DNA from: Vulcanimicrobiota bacterium
GTDB lineage: Bacteria; Vulcanimicrobiota; Vulcanimicrobiia; Vulcanimicrobiales; Vulcanimicrobiaceae
Length of the DNA stretch: 64,000 bases
Reading direction: 5' to 3'
Assembly (NCBI GenBank): GCA_963812155.1
Contig: CAWETW010000003.1
Location: 448,001 to 512,000, forward strand
The stretch's first letter is position 1; the number at the start of each line of letters is the position of its first letter. Both the position numbers and the translations under genes were made by a program. This document shows positions 58,047 through 64,000 of the stretch, piece after piece. The notes below the pieces were generated by a model. It was given only the letters and a program-made list of their open reading frames with translations. It ran no database searches and was not told where the DNA came from.

Positions 58047-59158
58047 TTACTCTGCGGCCCGAACGACGCTCCACGTTTCCACTCCTGTCGATTCCAGATA
58101 GCCGGCGGCAGCGAGTGCCTCTAGCGCCTCATGCAATGCGGCCCGCTCGTTTTTGTTGGGCATTCCGGCCCACCGCATCGCGAGTTCGTGGAGCTCCAGC
58201 GTTCCTCCCGGCACCAATGCGTCGCGCAAGAACTGCGCCGGCAGTTTGACGCGCTCCATGCGGCGCGCGACGGGCGCCAGTGCATCGTCGAACGCTGCGG
58301 CTTCCACGGATACCGCGGGCGTGGGTGGCGCAGGCGGTGGTCCGGGCTGCGGCGCAGGCTCGTGGTGCGGCTCTGCGCTCGCTCGTGCGCGACGCGGCGC
58401 ATACGCAGGCGTTCGACCACCGGATCGACGAGCGTGCCGAGCATTTCGCCGCCGACGGTGGCGGCCGTCTGCCACGCGACCGCGTTGACGGTCGCGGAGC
58501 GGCGCTCGATGCCGCGCAGAATCGCCGCCGCAACGCGCTCGGCCGAGACGGCCGGCACGGCGTGCGGACGTTTAATGGCGGCGCTGCCGTGAAACTCCGT
58601 CGCGACGACGCCCGGATCGACGTAGGTGACCGCGACCCCGCGCGACCGCAGTTCCCGGCGCAGTTGAATCGCGGCAGCACGGATGCCCGCTTTCGCGACC
58701 GCGTACGAACCGAATGCGGGGAGCGGCACGCGCGCGACGCCCGAGCCGAGAAACACCAGCGATCCGCGCGCTCGCTCGAGATGCGGCAGCGCGGCACGCG
58801 ACAGCCGCAGCGGCGCAGCGACGTGCAGCTGCCACTGCGCTTCGATTTGCGCGTCGCTCTGCGCGAGCAGATCGCCGTGCGCGCCGCCGCCGGCGTTGTT
58901 GACGAGCACGTCGAGGCGTCCAAAGGCGTGCATGGCCGCGTCCACGATGCGTCCCGCGGCATCGCGAGCGCAGACGTCGGCGACGAGGCTCGCGGCCGTT
59001 CCGCCGAACGCGCGAATCTCACGCTCGACGTCGGCGAGGCGTTCGGTGCGGCGCGCGACCAGCAGCACGGCGTAACCCGCGCGCGCCGATTGCAGCGCGA
59101 GCGCGCGGCCGATGCCGGAGCTCGTACCCGTGACGATCATCGCGCGCGCGTCAGGCAT
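58047..59158 (-). CDS. SDR oxidoreductase with Pro-rich linker and extra C-terminal domain (frameshift near 58380)
   Basis: VTGTSSGIG, LVNNAG, YAVAK, VDPG; continues in another frame as AEPHHEPAPQPG...FDDALAPVARRMERVKL...GYLESTGVETW. Confidence 0.8.
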
Positions 59159-60333
59159 ACTCGTTACAATACTCCTCGTACAGACGCCCGATCCCGTCGG
59201 GAAGCGACGCGTAGTATGCGGCTTCGTCCGTGACGATGGGTGGCTGCGGCTCGACGACGTCGCGCTGCTCGGCAGCAAGTCGCGCGAGCGCATCTGCGAC
59301 CGGCTTGTACGAGCCGTCGGAGCGCACGATGCCGAAGGTCAACTCGTGCGGCGCGAGATCGAACGGCGGCAGCTTCGCCAGCGCGGCATCGTAGTCGGCC
59401 CAACACCACCAGAACGCGCCCAGCGCGCCGCGCGCGTGGAGGCGGTCGGTGACGGCATACGCGTAGCTTCGCCATTTCCAGTTCGTTCAGGCACTCGAAA
59501 TCGCTCGGCTTTCCCGCGACCGCACCACTTGGCGGGCACGTCGGATTGCCGTATTCGCTGAAGAGCACGCGCTTGCCGCTGCACGATTCCTGTACTTGCG
59601 AAAGGAATGGCACGACGTTGGCGTCGAGGCGCCCTCGCGAGAATGTGGAGTAGACCGAATACCCGTGCATCGTCGCGAACGCCCACGGAACCGCGATGCT
59701 CGAGGGTCGAATGCCGCGGTCGCGTTCGAGGTCCTCGCCGTGCATGCCGCCGGTCACCGGCACGTTCGACGCTTCGTGCAGCGTTTCGCTCAAGCGCAGG
59801 CTCCACGCCGCCGCATCGGCCGGCGACGCCGGCTCGCGCACGTTGGAAAACTCGTTGCCGAGATCCCATGCAAACAGCGCGGGATGGTCGCGCACGCACG
59901 CGGCTGCTTCGCGTGCGAACAGCACCTGCGCCGCGAGAAGACGCGGATCGGCATACAGATCGCCGGCGCCGTACGGCGAGACGTTGCCGTCGCAAATCGT
60001 GCGGAAGCGTCCGTGCGGCACGGCCGGATCGAGCACCCAGCGCGGCAACCAGTTCACGCCGCTCATGTGTCCGCAGAACAGCGTCGGCATCGCGCGCAGC
60101 CCGCAATCGCCGAATGCCGTCATCACGCGCTCGAAGCGTGCGAGCGTGGCGGTGTCCATGCGTTCGCGCGACGGCTGAAAGACTTCCCACAGGAGGAAGA
60201 AGCGCACGACGTCCAGGCCGAGTTCGGCGATGCGCGCGGCGTCTTCTCGAATCTCGCCGAGATCGAAACGCTCCCACGCATACATTGCGCTGCGCCGTGG
60301 CCAGTAGTTGATGCCGAGGAGAAAACGCGACAT
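59151..60333 (-). CDS. Glycoside hydrolase, GH5/clan GH-A (beta-mannanase-like); frameshift near 59465
   Basis: [32 protein letters not shown] (acid/base), MHGY, FSEYG (nucleophile); C-terminal [10 protein letters not shown]...[11 protein letters not shown] in another frame. Confidence 0.85.
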
Positions 60334-60394
60334 GCGCCGTTCTTCGCCCGACTGCGGCATGACAACCTCGAAAGGGCCGCGAAGCCGCCAAGCG

Positions 60395-60886
60395 ATGGCC
60401 AAGCGCAGCGCTTCACCGAAGGTCGGCATCGTGATGGGCAGCCGCTCGGACTGGGAAAGCATGCTTCCGGCGCGCACGACGTTGCTCGAACTCGGAATCC
60501 CGTGCGAGATGCGCGTCGTTTCGGCGCATCGCATGCCCGACGAGATGTTCGCATACGCCGAGTCGGCAGCGAGTCGCGGCATTGCGGCGATCATCGCGGC
60601 CGCCGGCGGCGCGGCGCATCTGCCCGGCATGACGGCCGCCAAGACGCTGCTGCCGGTGATCGGCGTACCGGTTCAATCCAAGGCGCTGCACGGCATCGAT
60701 TCGCTGCTCTCGATCGCACAGATGCCGCCGGGCGTGCCGGTCGCGACGATGGCGATCGGCGGCGCCGTCAACGCCGCATTATTCGCAGCCCGTATCGTCG
60801 CGCTCAACGACGCAGCGGTCGGGCGGCGGCTCGCAACGTACGTCGAGAACATGCACGACGCGGCAGCCGCCAGCACCCCGGAGTGA
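60395..60886 (+). CDS. purE: N5-carboxyaminoimidazole ribonucleotide mutase
   Basis: [51 protein letters not shown]. Confidence 0.97.
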   Translation: MAKRSASPKVGIVMGSRSDWESMLPARTTLLELGIPCEMRVVSAHRMPDEMFAYAESAASRGIAAIIAAAGGAAHLPGMTAAKTLLPVIGVPVQSKALHGIDSLLSIAQMPPGVPVATMAIGGAVNAALFAARIVALNDAAVGRRLATYVENMHDAAAASTPE

Positions 60887-62049
60887 GCGCGCCGCACGTT
60901 CAAACCATCGGCGTCATCGGCGGCGGCCAACTCGGCCGCATGTTTGCGCTCGATGCCAAACGCATGGGCTACGACGTCATCACGCTCGATCCGCAGGAAC
61001 GATTCGCCCACCGGACAGGTCGCCGACGAGCAACTCGTCGCCGCCTACGACGACATGGCGGCAATCGAAGAACTCGGGCGGCGCAGCGACATCGTCACCT
61101 ACGAGTTCGAAAACGTCGCGATCGCATCGGTCGAGCATCTCGAGCGGCTCGGGCATCGCGTCTCGCCGTCGAGCGACGTGTTGCGCGTCACGCAGGACCG
61201 GATTCTCGAAAAGCAGTTCGTCCGCGATTGCGGCATTCCGACCGCCGCGTTCGCGCCGGTCAACGGCGCCGGAGATCTTGCGACGGTGGCGCAGAGCGTC
61301 GGGTTCCCAGCCGTGCTCAAAACCGTGCGGGGCGGCTACGACGGGAAAGGCCAGTGGCGCGTCGCCTCAATGGAAGAAGCGGAAGTCGCAGTGGTGCAAG
61401 CGCGCGGGCAGTGCCGTTGATTGCCGAGCGCTTCATCGATTTCACGCGCGAGTTGAGCGTCATCGCGACGCGCAACGCCGCGGACGAGGCCGTGGCGTAT
61501 CCGCCGAGCGAGAACGAACACGACCGCGGGATTCTGGCGGTGAGTTTTGCGCCGGCACGCGTCTCCGCCGAGGTCGCGGCCCGCGCGCAAGCGATGGCGG
61601 TGACGATCGGGCGGCGCTTGGGGATCGTTGGAACCTACTGCGTCGAGTTTTTTCTGACCGCACGCGACGAGTTGCTCGTTAACGAAATCGCGCCGCGTCC
61701 CCACAACAGCGGGCACTATACGATCGACGTCACGCCGTGTTCGCAGTACGAGCAGCACGTGCGCGCGATCTGCGAACTGCCGCTCTCGCCGCCGCGTCTG
61801 CTCAGCAACGCAATCATGGTGAACATTCTCGGCGACGGCAACGGCGACCATCTCGACGGCATCTCGGAGCTGCTGCGCGATCCCTCGATCGTGCTGCACC
61901 TCTATGGCAAACGCCACGCGGTTGCGCGGCGTAAGATGGGCCATTTTACGATGCTGGTTGCGGGCGCGATCGACGACGTGTCGATCGATCGCGCCCGCTC
62001 GGCGTTACGGAAGCTCCGTTGGACTCCATCAGTCCGCGGCAGCGCCTGA
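60883..62049 (+). CDS. purK: N5-carboxyaminoimidazole ribonucleotide synthase (two compensating frameshifts near 61000 and 61410)
   Basis: [34 protein letters not shown] in the shifted frame; [31 protein letters not shown]...RRKMGH. Confidence 0.95.
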   Translation: MSAPHVQTIGVIGGGQLGRMFALDAKRMGYDVITLDPQERFAHRTGRRRATRRRLRRHGGNRRTRAAQRHRHLRVRKRRDRIGRASRAARASRLAVERRVARHAGPDSRKAVRPRLRHSDRRVRAGQRRRRSCDGGAERRVPSRAQNRAGRLRRERPVARRLNGRSGSRSGASARAVPLIAERFIDFTRELSVIATRNAADEAVAYPPSENEHDRGILAVSFAPARVSAEVAARAQAMAVTIGRRLGIVGTYCVEFFLTARDELLVNEIAPRPHNSGHYTIDVTPCSQYEQHVRAICELPLSPPRLLSNAIMVNILGDGNGDHLDGISELLRDPSIVLHLYGKRHAVARRKMGHFTMLVAGAIDDVSIDRARSALRKLRWTPSVRGSA

Positions 62050-62973
62050 AGGAGACGAAGCGCTGAGTCCGTCCGTAATCGTATACGACGGCTGCCCGTT
62101 CGTGGGCGTTACGACGACCGTCGGCGTGGTGCCCTTCGGACTGCCGTAAGGGGCGTAGATGGTGCCGTCGCCGCCGCGGCCGACGTAACGAATGCCGGCA
62201 CCGGTTCCGTAGTACGTGTCGTGTACGTTTTGGTAGCTCGGCGGAGCGAACTCGCTGAGCGTCGCCGCGTTTGCCGCGTAGAGATTCCCGGCGTTATCGA
62301 GCGCCAAGCCCGAACCCACCGCGAGGCCTATTTGCACTTGCGTCGGCTGGCCCTTGCTGTACAGGATGGCAAGGCCTCCCGCGCCGCGGTCGACGTCCAA
62401 GAATGCGACGTCGTTACGCACCGCGACGCCGTCGATCGCGTCACCTTGGGCTGCGACGAGCTGCGTTGTGTCCGGAGTGTCCGAACCGGGTTCGAATTCC
62501 GCGACGTACGCCGGTTGACCCACGGTTTGGCAGTGGCTGGCAACGTAGAGCACGTTGTTTTCGTCGACTGCCACGCCCGTCGGCTTGTAGATACCGGTGC
62601 TGATGGTTCGCACGAGCGACGTCGCACCGCGAGAGAAAACGGCGACCGTCGACGTGTTCCACAAGGCGACGAAGACGTGGCCGCTGCCGTCCACCGCGAT
62701 GCCGTTAGGCGAGTCGCCGAGCGGCACCGTTCGAATCGGCGATGGGTTCGAAACGCCCTGGGGATACACGAGGAGCTGATCGTTCTTGGCATCGCCGACG
62801 TAGATGTATTTCTGCGTCGAGGCGCGATTGACCACTCCGCGAACGGTGGCGGCGCGATCGTCCGACGTTGCCGCTGCAGTGCCGTTTGCGGTTTTGCCCG
62901 GGAGATACGACGACGTCGCTCCCGAACTGCACGCCGCCAACGACAACGCGAGTAGAATGTTTACGTGTTTCAT
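62029..62973 (-). CDS. NHL-like beta-propeller lipoprotein
   Basis: Lipobox LAAC; PNGIAVDGSGHVFV, PTGVAVDENNVLYV, GLALDNAGNLY; AAGGAG RBS. Confidence 0.8.
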   Translation of the reverse strand: MKHVNILLALSLAACSSGATSSYLPGKTANGTAAATSDDRAATVRGVVNRASTQKYIYVGDAKNDQLLVYPQGVSNPSPIRTVPLGDSPNGIAVDGSGHVFVALWNTSTVAVFSRGATSLVRTISTGIYKPTGVAVDENNVLYVASHCQTVGQPAYVAEFEPGSDTPDTTQLVAAQGDAIDGVAVRNDVAFLDVDRGAGGLAILYSKGQPTQVQIGLAVGSGLALDNAGNLYAANAATLSEFAPPSYQNVHDTYYGTGAGIRYVGRGGDGTIYAPYGSPKGTTPTVVVTPTNGQPSYTITDGLSASSPSGAAAD

Positions 62974-63196
62974 TTCCGGTGTTCTCCTTGAAGTGAAGTG
63001 ATGACACCGGAAAATCTAATGCAGCGTGACGATCTCGATAACGCACAACGTTGACGAGCAACGTGCACGTCGCAGCAGGCGGGCGATTAGCGACACAACG
63101 TTGACAAACGACCCTCACAACACACACAAAAAACGTGTGGAATTGCCGCACCGGCGTGAGGATGCGCGCGGGTTTCGGCGAATACGGGGGTACAGA

Positions 63197-64000
63197 GTGA
63201 AGGGAGAGGCTCGGGCTTTAGACTCTCCGCCCTTTGGAACGCTGCTTCGGCGTTATCGGCTCGCCGCAGGGCTTTCCCAAGAGGCGCTAGCCGAACGCGC
63301 CCAAATGAGCGCCAACGGGATCGGCGCCCTCGAGCGCGGATACCGCCGCACGCCGCAGCACGAGACGCTCGCGCTCCTAAGTTCGGCGCTCGCGTTGGAC
63401 CCCGAACAACGCCGCGAACTCGAAGATGCAGCGCGGCCGGGCGGCAGCATCGCGAGCGATTCGTGGCTCGATAGCTCTCCAGGGAATTTGCCGCTGCCGT
63501 TGTCGAGCTTTATCGGCCGCGACGCAGAGATCCGCGAGATCGCGTCGGAGCTGCAGGAACGCCGGCTCCTGACGCTCACGGGCGCCGCCGGCATCGGGAA
63601 GACGCAAACCGCCTTGCGCGCCGCGACGGCGTTCGGCGAGGCGACCGGCACCGCCACCATCTTCGTCGATCTCTCGACGATCGACGATCCGACGCTGGTT
63701 ACGGCGGTCGTCGCAGCGTCGTTGGGGATTCGTGAAGCTCCCGATCGCACGCTGCTGGAGACGATTCGCGCGTTCCTCAAGGCGAAAAAGGCGTTGCTGG
63801 TCTTCGATAACTGCGAGCACGTCATCGACGAGGCCGCAAAAATCGTGAGGGCCATTTTGTCCGACTGCCCTTCGGTTCGCATCTTGGCGACGAGCCGCGA
63901 ACCGTTACGAGATGCCGGAGAACGCTGTTACCGGCTGCCTTCACTTCCCGTGCCGCACGCCGGTGCGGGGAACCTCACCGCAAGCGACGGGCTCGCGTAT
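63197..64000 (+). CDS. XRE-HTH + STAND (NB-ARC-like) ATPase regulator, partial (runs off right edge)
   Basis: Translated by hand from GTG 63197: FGTLLRRYRLAAGLSQEALAERA.MSANGIGALERG.RRTP; NLP.PLSSFIGR, GAAGIGKT, FDNCEHV, ILATSREPL. Absent from the ORF track because there is no stop in the window. Confidence 0.9.
   Translation, partial: MKGEARALDSPPFGTLLRRYRLAAGLSQEALAERAQMSANGIGALERGYRRTPQHETLALLSSALALDPEQRRELEDAARPGGSIASDSWLDSSPGNLPLPLSSFIGRDAEIREIASELQERRLLTLTGAAGIGKTQTALRAATAFGEATGTATIFVDLSTIDDPTLVTAVVAASLGIREAPDRTLLETIRAFLKAKKALLVFDNCEHVIDEAAKIVRAILSDCPSVRILATSREPLRDAGERCYRLPSLPVPHAGAGNLTASDGLAY

Noticed and set aside
60990..61420. Programmed frameshifting in purK
   Set aside because: No slippery heptamer or stimulatory structure was seen, two shifts would be needed, and similar indels are scattered through the window.
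59596..62049. 817-aa ORF suggesting a novel N-terminal fusion to PurK
   Set aside because: The upstream part overlaps GH5 (antisense) and purE (another frame). Real purK starts at GTG 60883.

Overview
This is a GC-rich bacterial chromosomal segment. The many lipoprotein beta-propellers and STAND-type regulators suggest a Eremiobacterota/Vulcanimicrobiota-like soil bacterium, but that assignment is inference only. Housekeeping and accessory content includes a TM0106-type RecB-like nuclease (cut by the left edge), a PNGase A-like lipoprotein, a YafY/WYL regulator plus VOC gene, kup, an S53 peptidase, three STAND/AAA signalling proteins, a SNF2-SWIM pair, a Tat-exported PaoABC-type aldehyde oxidoreductase, a Zur-type regulator with a Zn/Mn ABC operon, GH5 plus SDR, and purEK. 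The main accessory feature is a tandem pair of integrative elements at the 3' end of tRNA-Ala(CGC) (51040-51115, minus strand). The inner ~4.6 kb element is bounded by a perfect 45-bp att duplication and carries an intact tyrosine integrase, a DUF4160/DUF2442 toxin-antitoxin-like pair and TetR-SDR. The outer, lower-GC element carries a degraded paralogous integrase and a multiply frameshifted SF2 helicase/PD-(D/E)xK nuclease resembling the Hna anti-phage protein. Non-coding signals seen directly: a 5 x 32-bp tandem array of a REP-like repeat that recurs inside the znu operon, a shared operator upstream of the WYL regulator and its VOC neighbour, arm-type integrase repeats, a Zur box, a recurrent AGG-N17/19-CGNA promoter-like motif, and a structured leader upstream of SNF2. 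Many genes, even purK, carry single-base frameshifts, which suggests unpolished long-read errors, so pseudogene calls are uncertain. All family assignments come from motif recognition by eye, with no database searches.
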